This document shows positions 12,500-26,449 of a stretch of DNA of 64,000 nucleotides, one piece after another. Every line of letters starts with the position of its first letter. Position 1 is the stretch's first letter. Under the pieces are notes generated by a model. It had not been told where the DNA came from. It ran no database searches and saw nothing but the letters and a program-made list of their open reading frames with translations. Source of the DNA: Macrostomum hystrix (Eukaryota; Animalia; Platyhelminthes). A program made the position numbers and the translations under genes. Location: assembly GCA_950097015.1 (NCBI GenBank), contig CATNEN010000034.1, positions 2,108,001 to 2,172,000 of the forward strand. Reading direction: 5' to 3'.

Positions 12500-14607
12500 A
12501 GGGGAGAGAGAGGAGAAAGATAAGAAGTGAGAGGTGAGAGTTGTAATAGAGGAGAGAGGTGAGAGAGGAGAGAGGTGAGAGAGGAGAGAGGTAATAGAGG
12601 AGAGAGGTGAGAGAGGAGAGAGGTAATAGAGGAGAGAGGTGACAGAGGAGAGAGGTGAGAGAGGAGAGAGGTGAGAGGTGAGAGAGGAGAGAGGTAATAG
12701 AGGAGAGAGGTGAGAGAGGAGAGAGGTGAGAGAGGAGAGAGGTAATAGAGGAGAGAGGTGAGAGAGGAGAGAGGTAATAGAGGAGAGAGGTGAGAGAGGA
12801 GAGAGGTAATAAAGGAGAGAGGTGAGAGAGGAGAGAGGTAATAAAGGAGAGAGGTGAGAGAGGAGAGAGGTAATAGAGGAGAGAGGTGAGAGAGGAGAGA
12901 GGTAATAGAGGAGAGAGGTGAGAGAGGAGAGAGGTGAGAGAGGAGAGAGGTAATAAAGGAGAGAGGTGAGAGAGGAGAGAGGTAATAGAGGAGAGAGGTG
13001 AGAGAGGAGAGAGGTAATAGAGGAGAGAGGTGAGAGGTGAGAGAGGAGAGAGGTAATAGAGGAGAGAGGTGAGAGAGGAGAGAGGTGAGAGAGGAGAGAG
13101 GTAATAGAGGAGAGAGGTGAGAGAGGAGAGAGGTAATAGAGGAGAGAGGTGAGAGAGGAGAGAGGTGAGAGAGGAGAGAGGTAATAAAGGAGAGAGGTGA
13201 GAGAGGAGAGAGGTAATAGAGGAGAGAGGTGAGAGAGGAGAGAGGTAATAGAGGAGAGAGGTGAGAGGTGAGAGAGGAGAGAGGTAATAGAGGAGAGAGG
13301 TGAGAGAGGAGAGAGGTGAGAGAGGAGAGAGGTAATAGAGGAGAGAGGTGAGAGAGGAGAGAGGTAATAGAGGAGAGAGGTGAGAGAGGAGAGAGGTAAT
13401 AAAGGAGAGAGGTGAGAGAGGAGAGAGGTAATAGAGGAGAGAGGTGAGAGAGGAGAGAGGTAATAGAGGAGAGGGGAGAGGTAATAGAGGAGAGAGGTGA
13501 GAGAGGAGAGAGGTAGTAGAGGAGAGAGGTGAGAGAGGAGAGAGGTAATAGAGGAGAGAGGTGAGAGAGGAGAGAGGTAATAGAGGAGAGAGGTGAGAGA
13601 GGAGAGAGGTAATAGAGGAGAGAGGTGAGAGAGGAGAGAGGTAATAGAGGAGAGAGGTGAGAGAGGAGAGAGGTAATAGAGGAGAGAGGTGAGAGAGGAG
13701 AGAGGTAATAGAGGAGAGAGGTGAGAGAGGAGAGAGGTAATAGAGGAGAGAGGTGAGATAGGAGAGAGGTAATAGAGGAGAGAGGTGAGAGAGGAGAGAG
13801 GTAATAGAGGAGAGGGGTAATAGAGGAGAGAGGTAATAGAGGAGAGAGGTAATAGAGGAGAGAGGTGAGAGAGGAGAGAGGAGAGAGGTAATAGAGGAGA
13901 GAGGTGAGAGAGGAGAGAGGTGAGAGAAGAGAGAGGTAATAGAGGAGAGAGGTAATAGAGGAGAGAGGTGAGAGAGGAGAGAGGTAATAGAGGAGAGAGG
14001 TGAGAGAGGAGAGAGGTAATAGAGGAGAGAGGTGAGAGAGGAGAGAGGTAATAGAGGAGAGAGGTGAGAGAGGAGAGAGGTAATAGAGGAGAGAGGTGAG
14101 AGAGGAGAGAGGTAATAGAGGAGAGGGGTAATAGAGGAGAGAGGTAATAGAGGAGAGAGGTAATAGTGGAGAGAGGTAATAGAGGAGAGAGGTGAGAGAG
14201 GAGAGAGGTAATAGAGGAGAGAGGTGAGAGAGGAGAGAGGTAATAGAGGAGAGAGGTGAGAGGTGAGAGAGGAGAGAGGTAATAGAGGAGAGAGGTGAGA
14301 GAGGAGAGAGGTGAGAGAGGAGAGAGGTAATAGAGGAGAGAGGTAATAGAGGAGAGAGGTGAGAGAGGAGAGAGGTAATAGAGGAGAGAGGTGAGAGAGT
14401 AGAGAGGTAATAGAGGAGAGGGGTAATGGAGGAGAGAGGTAATAGAGGAGAGAGGTAATAGAGAAGAGAGGTGAGAGAGGAGAGAGGTGAGAGAGGAGAG
14501 AGGTAATAGAGGAGGAGAGGGGTAATAGAGGAGAGGGGTAATAGAGGAGAGGGGTAATAGAGGAGAGAGGTGACAGAGGAGAGAGGTGAGAGAGGAGAGA
14601 GGTGAGA
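12500..14607. repeat. Polypurine (GA-rich) compound satellite, ~16-bp units GAGGAGAGAGGTAATA / GAGGAGAGAGGTGAGA
   Basis: About 2.1 kb that is almost entirely G/A on the plus strand. Confidence 0.95.
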
Positions 14608-15404
14608 AGTTTGATCACTGACCACCTGTCTCGTCTTTCACAACATTATCTTATAATCTACGAGTATATTCATAGCATAACCGATTGCAACTTGCTTCTC
14701 CATAAGGATAACTATTGTATCATATAATATTTCTCGCTTTTTTCTCCAAGGCTGCGGGCTTGCAGAAGGCGCGAAGCGGCTCTGTGAATCCAATTAATTA
14801 CAGCAATTTACCCTGCTAACGGTAGCTGCAGCAGCCGATTTGCAATCTCTTAAAGCTTTGCTCACCCTCGGGTACTGGCGACCATCTAGCTGTGCTCAAC
14901 TCACTGTGCTCAACTAACTTAGCTGAGCGGCAGGGCAAATCAAGGAGCATTAGCATACTTCTTATCTTGAGCTGCCTTGCCTTGGGGGTTAGGGAGAGAA
15001 GATTCGGGAGATTGGCTGAGCACAGCTGCCGCAGTAGAGCTCAGGTGATGAGGGTAAATAAAACACCGGCCATCAAGCGTCGGCAGTGCATTGCTTTGCC
15101 CTGATGTGCACACAGTCTACTCAGCTGCAAATCAGTACCGACATTTCGTCGGATAATAATAATTCCGGCTGGCCTGGAATAAAGCAGTTCTGCGCGGCAA
15201 TTCAGTGGGGTTCGGATGCTGCCGATATGTTCGGAAAAAAATAAATTCCATTACTGAGACGCGGCTGTCATATATATTTATTTATATTTGTAATTTGTAT
15301 TATAATATAATAATTTTGCCTAATAATAATTTTAATCATTTAATTGTTGTTCTTCTCAATTTTCTACAAAAGCAGCTAATATAAAAATTCAACTAGGGAA
15401 CATT

Positions 15405-15785
15405 GTCAACTGGGGATCCTCATCAATGGGGGGTCATCATCAAATGAGGGATCATGGTCAACTGGGGAATAATTGTCAACTGAGTGATCATCATCAACTG
15501 GGGGATCATTGTCAACTGGGGGATCATTGTCAACTGGGGGATCATTGTCAACTGGGGGATCATTGTCAACTGGGGGATCATTGTCAACTGGGGGATCATT
15601 GTCAACTGGGGGATCATTGTCAACTGGGTGATCATCATTAACTGGGGGATCATTGTCAACTGGGGGATCATTGTCAACTGGGTGATCATCATCAACTGGG
15701 GGATCATGGTCAACTGGGGAATAATTGTCAACTGAGGGATTCATTGTCAACTGGGTGATCATCATCAACTGGGGGATCATTGTTG
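15405..15785. repeat. 18-bp minisatellite (TCAACTGGGGGATCATTG)
   Basis: Direct tandem units, seen as 6-aa periodic ORFs in the track. Confidence 0.93.
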
Positions 15786-15861
15786 ATCCATGTTGCTCCA
15801 TATGGTAGACTTTCACAAAAATCGGTCATTCGATTTCGGATTTATTGTGAATTATTGCGGC

Positions 15862-15925
15862 AGTGGGTATTTGAAACAGCCCCGAGGTCTTCCCCAGGGG
15901 GATATAGCGTGGTCCTACTACTGTT
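15862..15925 (+). mobile_element. Possible degenerate non-LTR reverse-transcriptase fragment
   Basis: Translates SGYLKQPRGLPQG, followed after a frameshift by a GP-LL-like stretch, resembling the LINE RT motif GVPQGSVLGPLLF. Very short, so it may be chance. Confidence 0.25.
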
Positions 15926-16404
15926 AAGGAAGTCGCTATGCTAGAGCGGAGGACACAAACAGGATGCGATGCCGGCCTCCATAAATCTGAAATATATCTG
16001 CCTAGTGCTGATACTCGGATAAAATACGACCCTAAGAAGCGTTGTGAAGTGAATTAGCGTACTTCAATTTGATTGCCGACTGAGACTTGAATGAAAGTAG
16101 CAAGACTCTACGAGTAGACAATAAACAACTCGCAAATCAACAGTTTAACATCTATATATTTATTGAAGTGAGTCTTTTATGCTAATTGCCAAATTTTTAC
16201 TTCTAAATATAAGTATCTATAAGCATCAGAATAGTTATATTGTTGCACAGTTGAATGACATCTCAAACAAGTTAGTTGACGGTGTTACAGTTTGGAATGA
16301 AGCAGATTTCACTAATAGAGAAGACCTTGTCGAAACTAAACAATTACCCAATATATTAGTTGGTTATTCCAATAAAATGGCGTTGCAACAACAAAATATT
16401 TAAA

Positions 16405-16850
16405 CCTGAGAATTCGAACCAGTGTCGGATCCTAGAACACCCGTGGATTCGAGCCAGGGTCAAATCTTAGAACACCCGAGGATTCGAACCAGGGTCAAAT
16501 CTTAGAACACCCGAGGATTCGAACCAGGGTCAAATCCTAGAACACCCGTGGATTCGAACCAGGGTCAAATCCTAGAACACCCGTGGATTCGAACCAGGGT
16601 CAAATCTTAGAACACCCGAGGATTCGAACCAGGGTCAAATCTTAGAACACCCGAGGATTCGAACCAGGGTCAAATCCTAGAATACCCGTGGATTAGAACC
16701 AGGGTCAAATCCTAGAATACCCGAGGATTCGAGCCTCGGGATTCGATACCCGAGGTCAAATCCTAGAATACCCGAGGATTCGAACCATGGTCAAATCCTA
16801 GAACACCCGTGGATTAGAACCAGGGTCAAATCCTAGAATCCCAGGGATTA
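16405..16850. repeat. 35-bp tandem repeat containing a Pol III B-box (GGTTCGAATCC on minus strand)
   Basis: GGATTC recurs at 16445, 16480, 16515 and onward; about 12 units. Confidence 0.9.
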
Positions 16851-17034
16851 GTATAGTAATCAAAAGAGGAGGATATTTTAGAAACTCATTAATAATCCAC
16901 TGGATTATGTGGGTTGAGAATCAGAAAACATAAGCTTGCATAGCTTGGAAACGGATGGCGAGGAAGGCAATGTCACACAAAGAATTCAGATTAACAATGG
17001 TCGATGCAATCACTTGGTCAGGGATATACAAGTG

Positions 17035-17490
17035 TCAGTGCCTGCTTGCCAGCTTGAGTGGGTGCTCCCCAGCTGTTGCCACCGGCCTGTAAGCGATCTG
17101 AGGCGAACCGCCGCCCACGCCGCCCACGACGCCAATGCCGCCGCTGACGCCGACGCCGCTGCTGGCGGCTTCGCCAAGACCGTCGCCGCCGCGGAAGCAC
17201 TGGACAATCCGCCTTCGGCGATGGAAGCAGAATAGCAGCAGTAGGAGAGCCACTGACAGTGGCACAATGACAAAATAGTAGCTGTGGATCGGCTTCGGGT
17301 CCGCGCGATGCACTTCGCCGCCCGAGTGTGGCGGCTGAGGCTGCGGCGGCTGCGGCCGTTGTTCTGGCACAGCGGAGCTGATGTTGACTGTGGCCGCAGC
17401 TGCTGCTTGAGTCGCAGTCACTCCGGCTGCAGCCAAGGACCACAGGCGGTGCCAGCCACCCAAAGTCATCAGGACCAGACGCTCTCGCAA
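17035..17490 (-). CDS. Putative small single-pass membrane protein (orphan)
   Basis: The exon starts after a TTTAG acceptor at 17490, with an in-frame ATG at 17469. It encodes an Ala-rich N-terminus, an NIS sequon, a Pro/Gln stalk, hydrophobic YYFVIVPLSVALLLLLFCF followed by HRRRR, and a Gly-rich tail. No family recognised. Confidence 0.45.
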   Translation of the reverse strand: MRERLVLMTLGGWHRLWSLAAAGVTATQAAAAATVNISSAVPEQRPQPPQPQPPHSGGEVHRADPKPIHSYYFVIVPLSVALLLLLFCFHRRRRIVQCFRGGDGLGEAASSGVGVSGGIGVVGGVGGGSPQIAYRPVATAGEHPLKLASRH

Positions 17491-18589
17491 CTAAACTTAA
17501 TTAACGAGGTTAGAATTGGCCTCTTCAAACCCTACGGCTCAGATTGACGGATTCAGGTGGCGGTCTCTGAGCCTTTAGTTGACAATCAACAATGGGACAA
17601 TAGCAATGGGCGCAGAGCTCCGATTGGCCTTCCGACCGACCGGCTGAGGACAATGCCCTGGAGACACACGGGAGGAAATAAAAAATATGCGGACCTAAGC
17701 GAAGATCGACAGCGAGAGAGCTGGGGAAAATGGGACATGAAACTCAAGGGGAGCTGTATTTGGGGTAGGGGCCGCCCCTGAATATCCGCAGCTTTGGGAA
17801 GGAGGAAGGCAGTCAAAGCTTATTGCTGCTGCTCAGCAGTGTTCGCCACCTCCCTCCTCCTTTCTGTCTTCCCTACTTGTGTGTGCCCCGCAAACACTAC
17901 TTGGAATCCTTAATCCCTCTTCCTTCTCTCTTCCCCTATCCCGCAGCCATCCAGCTTCTCCCAAGCAATCTCTACGCTTGCTGACTGCCCCCCCCCCCGG
18001 CTACGGGGATCTACGGGAGTAGGCCGGTAGTCCAATCGAATCCTACGGAGGCTGAGAAAGACGAAAGACTAAGTCGTGAAAACGAGAGGAAATGAAAAAA
18101 GGCGATATAGGGGATCGCCGTCGGCTTCTCTGTCACGGCAGCGCGTGGGCACGCGGCGAGGTGGAGAAAAAGCCAGAAGGTCGGGGACTTGGTTCCGCCT
18201 GTTACACACGCACAGATCGAGAGTCTAAATATTGATGCGCGGCTTGGAGGTGGGGGCGAGGCCGCCCCAGCAGCAGCAGCCGCAATGTCAATGAGGATTT
18301 TTCCTTTAGAAACAGGGCCACAATGGGCGAGGCAAGCGCTGACAGCTAGGAGTGCACAGATAGGCCAAGCAGTAGCTGCGCCAATTATAACCCGGTAGGA
18401 CTCGATTTTCGAACAAGCTCAACAGATGCTGCAGTGAAATACATCAACGAGCAGTGATCTCGAATCCGTTACTCCTGGTTGCCATTATCTTGAAGCCTCT
18501 TGTCCGTAATTCTATGACTGTGCTCGTGATTCATCAGCCTCAAACAATTTACCCATTAGAATGAGTCACTCTACAGTCACCCCTAAGAA

Positions 18590-19635
18590 TGAATATACTT
18601 TCACTCCTAAGAATGAGCCGCTCTATTGTCTCCCCTTAAGAATGAGCCGCTCTATTGTCTCCCCTTAAGAATGAGCCACTCTATTGTCTCCCCTTAAGAA
18701 TGAGCCGCTCTATTGTCTCCCCTTAAGAATGAGCCACTCTATTGTCTCCCCTTAAGAATGAGCCACTCTATTGTCTCCCCTTAAGAATGAGCCGCTCTAT
18801 TGTCTCCCCTTAAGAATGAGCCACTCTATTGTCTCCCCTTAAGAATGAGCCACTCTATCGTCTCCCCTTAAGAATGAGCCACTCTATCGTCTCCCCTTAA
18901 GAATGAGCCGCTCTATTGTCTCCCCTTAAGAATGAGCCACTCTATCGTCTCCCCTTAAGAATGAGCCACTCTATTGTCTCCCCTTAAGAATGAGCCGCTC
19001 TATTGTCTCCCCTTAAGAATGAGCCACTCTATTGTCTCCCCTTAAGAATGAGCCACTCTATTGTCTCCCCTTAAGAATGAGCCACTCCACTGTCACCTTT
19101 AAGAATGAGTCACTCCACTGTCACCCTAAGAATGAGTCACTTTACTGTCACCCCTATGAATGAGTCACTATACAGTCAGCCCTAAATAATGAGTCACTCC
19201 ACTGCCACCCTAGGAAATGAGTCATTCCACTATCACCCTTTAAGAATGAGCCACTCCACTGTCACCTTTAAGAATGAGTCACTCCACTGTCACCCTAAGA
19301 ATGGGTCACTCCACTGTCACCCTTTAAGAATGAGTCACTCCACTGTCACCCTTTAAAAATGAGTCACTCTACTGTCACCCCTATGAATGAGTCACTATAC
19401 AGTCAGCCCTAAATAATGAGTCACTCCACTGTCACTCCAAAAGAATGAGTCACTCCACTGTCCCCCTAAGAATGGGTCACTCCACTGTCACCCTTTAAGA
19501 ATGAGCCACTCTATTGTCTCCCCTTAAGAATGAGTCACTCCACTGCCACATTAAGAGTCACTCCACTGTCACCCTAAGAAATGAGTCATTCCACTATCAC
19601 CCTTTAAGAATGAGTCACTTCACTGTCACCTTAAA
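18590..19635. repeat. 29-bp minisatellite (CCCCTTAAGAATGAGCCACTCTATTGTCT) degenerating 3'-ward
   Basis: Homogeneous units 18610-19075, diverged units to about 19635. Confidence 0.92.
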
Positions 19636-20250
19636 AGTGAGTTATCTGTGAGCATAGTCGTCAAAGTACGGCTCGTAAATTGGGAATGAGATCACAGTTA
19701 TTAGCGGTGCACCGAAATTGAGCTGTGCTTGGCCAATTAACTGAATAAACTTGGTCAACTGAGCTCAGAGAGTCGGCAGTATCAAATCAATGACCGTCAG
19801 CTGAGGAAATTCGCTTGCTGCTCACTCACTAGCTCACTCGAGAGTAAGATTGACTCGAGCTGCCGGCACGCTCCTGTTGCCAGCCGAGTTAAATTATACG
19901 AGTATAGGAAGTTTTCTCTTGTGCCCGCCAAGCAAGAACGCGTCAGTCAAGGAGTGAGCAAGAGAGAAAGCGAAATCTATTTATTTGGTATTTTTCCCAC
20001 AGGGCACGACTGGGATATTGGCTAGCTGGAGCTGTGAGGCGTCTGAGAATCCCTGTTTCCCTCTCTGCTTCTGCCGCTGGCTGCACAAGAGATCGATGCT
20101 CTCGCGACTGTTCTGACTGACTGAGCACTCGCAAAGCAACAATCAGACTGGACCCGACTAGGAAGAATAAAATAATTGGGGAAGCTCGCAGGACTTGAAG
20201 GAATCTAGTGACAACCCGGACTGTCGGATCTGACAGTTGTGACTTAGCTA

Positions 20251-22112
<1,862 letters not shown>

Positions 22113-22901
22113 TCAACTTGAAATTTTATGTGTTTCATTCCGAGCTGAGCTTGAGTTAGTTTCTTTCAATCAAACTGAGTAAGAGTTAAACTTGCTTTAT
22201 TGACTTTTTAAAAAAAGGCATTTTAAAATGAAAATATGACTGACAGCATAAACTCAAACAGATACAGCAGAAGTTTTTGTGGAAATGCTCACATTGCAAC
22301 AGTTAAGCTAAACAGTTATATGTTATTTATATATATTGGATATATATATTTTAGTGTCCTTAACTAATCCTTAATTATTATCCCAGCATACTTAAAATAA
22401 GAATCGGCAACTGAAGCGCGTTAACGCGCAACACACACATAGAAGTGCACCATATAAAACCACGCGCAATTGTGAAACTGTACCTTTTAACATAGCAGCA
22501 CAGAACTGTTAAAAATGGTGGCTTAAAATAAAAAACACCGACAGCTTAAAGTACAGTACCGGTTTAGCGAGCTGCAGAACTGTTCGAAGTAATTAGCAGT
22601 GCATAAAATTAGAGTGCGGGAGATACTGTGAGTAGAGTGGGGTGAGTCGGGAGGGTGGGTAGATAGAGTGGGGTAATTCGGTAGGGTGGGTAGATATAGA
22701 ACAAATTAGAAATATTTTCAACGAGGACAAATGCTTTATAATTTTTACGCAGACTTGAGATACACGGAGTACATGAAAACAATTAGACACATGACAACAA
22801 TGCTTTTTGGGATAAATAAATGTTAGCAAGAACCAGAAGTTCTTTTTTAAACGAACGCGACCCATTGGACACAGATACAGATAAAAACAATCAGGCGTAC
22901 T

Positions 22902-25900
22902 TCAGTCCAAGAGGACAATGTCCGGCTCCTGGGCTGAACCGGCCGCGGCCTTCGCCTCACCATCGGCAGAGTTTTCTGGGGCCACAATTTCCACAAGTTC
23001 GTCATCATCTTCGTCGGCATTGTCAACAAGTCGAGCCCGTTTTGCGTCTCCGGCGCTGACCAGCTCGGATCGGCGCTTCCGCCCAGCGGCGGCTGGCTCA
23101 TCGGCTGCGGCCGTCGCCTGCACCGACTGCAGATCGCCGACAATTTGAAAATCGACACCGGCCGGCAGACGATGCCGGAGATTCTCGCCGTCGCCGTTAT
23201 CTTTCTCATCGCCGTCGCTATCAACGGCGGCGATGATCAGGAGCAGATTGTAGCGCTGGAGGAAGTCGTCGCAGCGTAGGCGAGCGTGATTGCCGATTCC
23301 GAAACGCGCCAGCGGCTGCGGGTCGTTGGCGTCGGTCTCGCCGGCCTCGGAGCTGACCAGAATGACGCCACGTCCTTCGATCTCAACGTCCGGAGCCACC
23401 ATGGCCAGTTCGGCCTTGAGAACTCGATCTCGCAGGGCGCCAACAGTCAGCGAGCTGGGGTCGCAACGGAGAGTCACCTGTCACAGGTGGTCACAGTGGA
23501 GGGGCTTGTGTGTGAGTGGATCTAGGATCTTTTTGAGGAATTGGGACTTTGGGATTTGAAGACTTTAATAGTTGATAGGTGATCTAAAGCTACTCAAACT
23601 GAGGATTTGAGAAGGCAATCTAAGCTACCCAAAGTGAGGATTTGGGAAGGTAATCTAAAGCTACTCAAAGTGAGGATTTGGGAAGGTAATCTAAAGCTAC
23701 TCAAAGTGAGGATTTGGGATGGTAATCTAAAGCTACTTAAAGTGAGGATTTGGGATGGTAATCTAAAGCTACTCAAAGTGAGGATTTGGAATGGTAATCT
23801 AAAGCTACTCAAAGTGAGGATTTGGGAAGGAATCTAAGCTACTCAAAGTGAGGATTTGGGAAGGTAATCTAAAGCTACTCAAAGTGAGGATTTGGGATGG
23901 TAATCTAAAGCTACTCAAAGTGAGGATTTGGGATGGTAATCTAAAGCTACTCAAAGTGAGGATTTGGGATGGTAATCTAAAGCTACTCAAGGTGAGGATT
24001 TGGGATGGTAATCTAAAGCTACTCAAAGTGAGGATTTGGGAAGGAATCTAAGCTACTCAAAGTGAGGATTTGGGAAGGTGATCTAAAGCTACTCAAGGTG
24101 AGGATTTGGGAAGGGAAAACAAGGCTTGTGAGGACTTGGGTAGGTAATGTAAAGCGAATTAAACGGAGGGTTTGAGAAGGCTAGTCAGCCAGGGCACCAT
24201 GAGCACACAAATAAGCAAAGGTAAGCACACCTGTGGCTGCGGGGCGCACACGTAGCACTTGGGATTAGGCAGCGGCAGAGCGCACGGTATAATAATCCTG
24301 CCGCGCGGGTGAAGCTCTTTCTCAAGGAAGACGGACCGGCACTGCTCCGGGCGTCCATCGAGCACCTTCAAAGCCTCCAGAACAATTAGGCCGGCAATGA
24401 TGGCATTGGTGGTGGCAATAGCCGGTATGATATTGCCGGCCATAGCTTTGACAGAAAAGCGGCTGCCGGGTGCGATGCCGAACGCGTAGGCCCTGAGATT
24501 GGCAGCCGAAGCTACAAAGTCCATGGCAGCCTGGTCGTCCTTGTCGAACACCAGATAGTCGTCATCGGTTCGTCGTTCAGCGTAGCGACGCCGCAGATTT
24601 TCAACAGCCGAGCGAAACACGTGGCAGCACTGGGCAGTGGACCAGACTGTCTGGTCGCGTTGGCAGCCTTCAGTTGACGGCGCGGCGTCGCCTGAGCCGT
24701 CCAGTTGAGCCTCGGTCAGCGGCGTCGGCGCCCGACGACCAGGCCGCTGCCAGAGCACCGACATGCTCAGCAGGTAGCGAATGTCATCGGCAAACAGCTT
24801 CTTCAACAGTCGGCCAGAATCATAGCCGGTGGCTTCTGCCCAACTGCGCGTCGTCTGTTTCTCCTTCTGTCCATTATTATTATCGTTGGCTTCAGCGGCT
24901 TCCGCTGTCGCCGACTCCTCCTTGCCGTTGGAGGCGCTAGACGAAGCCAGCTCCGGGTCTTCTGTATCGGGCGCCACGTCCTGGTCTGGATCGGCCTCTC
25001 CAAATAGCTGGCTAAACAGATACTTGGCCCACACAACGCAGTGAATTGGCTCTGATGGAGTATTGCGAATAGTGCAAGCTGGATAGGACTTCTGCTTCTG
25101 CTGCTCCTTGCACTCGTAGCAGGCCGTCACGCCTTTGCGGATGACCGTCACCTGCGGCAGGAGGGAGTGCGCAATACTGATTGGTAGCTTAGGGAGACAC
25201 TGGGATTAAGATTTCTGAGGGACAGGCAGACACAAAGGGAGTGAAGGACAGGTGAGAACAACACACACAGGGAGTGACGGACAGGTGAGAAAAACACACA
25301 GGGAGTGACGGACAGGTGAGAACAACACACAGGGAGTGACGGACAGGTGAGAACAACACACAGGGAGTAACGGACAGGTGAGAAACACACACAGGGAGGG
25401 ACGGACAGGTGAGAAACACACACAGGGAGTGACGGACAGGTGAGAAACAGACACAGGGAGTGACGGACAGGTGAGAAACACACATGGAGTAACGGACAGG
25501 TGAGAAACAGACACAGGGAGTGACGGACAGGTGAGAACACACAGGGTGTAACGGATAGGTGAGAAACACACACAGGGAGTAACGGACAGGTGAGAAACAC
25601 ACACAGGGAGTAACGGACAGGTGAGAAACACACACAGTGAGTGACGGACAGGTGAGAACACACAGGGTGTAACGGACAGGTGAGAAACACACACAGGGAG
25701 TGACGGACAGGTGAGAACACACAGGGAGTAACGGACAGGTGAGAAACAGACACAGGGAGTGACGGACAGGTGAGAACACACAGGGTGTAACGGACAGGTG
25801 AGAAACACACACAGGGAGTGACGGACAGGTGAGAACACACAGGGAGTAACGGACAGGTGAGAAACACACAGGGAGGGACGGACAGGTGAGAAACACACAC

Positions 25901-26369
25901 AGGCAAAGATGAGCACCCGGAAACACAAGATTGAGTCGGAGTTCACCTGTCCAAGGTATCCAGCTGATCCGCTCTCAACCAGCGGCACATTGGCAGCCAG
26001 ACAGAGCCTATTGACATGATTCCTGGCAGCTCTGTTATCTAGAGCGATCAGGACGATATCAAAGCCGGAGAAGAAGTCCACGCCGTACTTTTCGTCCATA
26101 ATAGAGTCGTGATAGGCGGTAATGTCGACATCCCGGCCATACTTTAGCACGCTCTGCTTAGCAACTAAGGCTTTGGATTGGCCAACGTGCTCCTTGCGGA
26201 ATAGGAACTGTCTGTTTAGATTCGAAACATCAATTGTGTCCAGGTCGATGATGCTGATTTTACGAAAACCTGACACAACCAGGTTTTTCAAAAGTTCACA
26301 GCCGATACCGCCGGCACCGACAACCAGAACTTGAGAATCAGATGCCACTTCCTTTGGTGAACGACGCAT
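22902..26369 (-). CDS. UBA2: SUMO-activating enzyme subunit 2 (E1 large subunit), complete, 639 aa
   Basis: Exons 26369-25947, 25151-24231 and 23477-22902 (GT-AG, phase 0; total 1920 nt). Motifs: [37 protein letters not shown] and CYVC zinc pairs, catalytic [29 protein letters not shown] domain, basic NLS (GRKRR, KRARL) and C-terminal SIM-like DIVLLD. An upstream non-coding or short exon is not excluded. Confidence 0.97.
23580..24112. repeat. 36-bp minisatellite in UBA2 intron 2
   Basis: GTGAGGATTTGGGAAGGTAATCTAAAGCTACTCAAA tandem units between exons 24231 and 23477. Confidence 0.93.
25230..25900. repeat. ~31-33-bp minisatellite in UBA2 intron 1
   Basis: CAGGGAGTGACGGACAGGTGAGAAACACACA units with a variable CA tract. 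Confidence 0.93.
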
Positions 26370-26449
26370 ATTGGTCTGCAATTTGTCTGCAAGGTGTCTA
26401 GTGCCTATTAGATCCAGTCAAATATGGTGTCCAATTCTACGAAATCATA

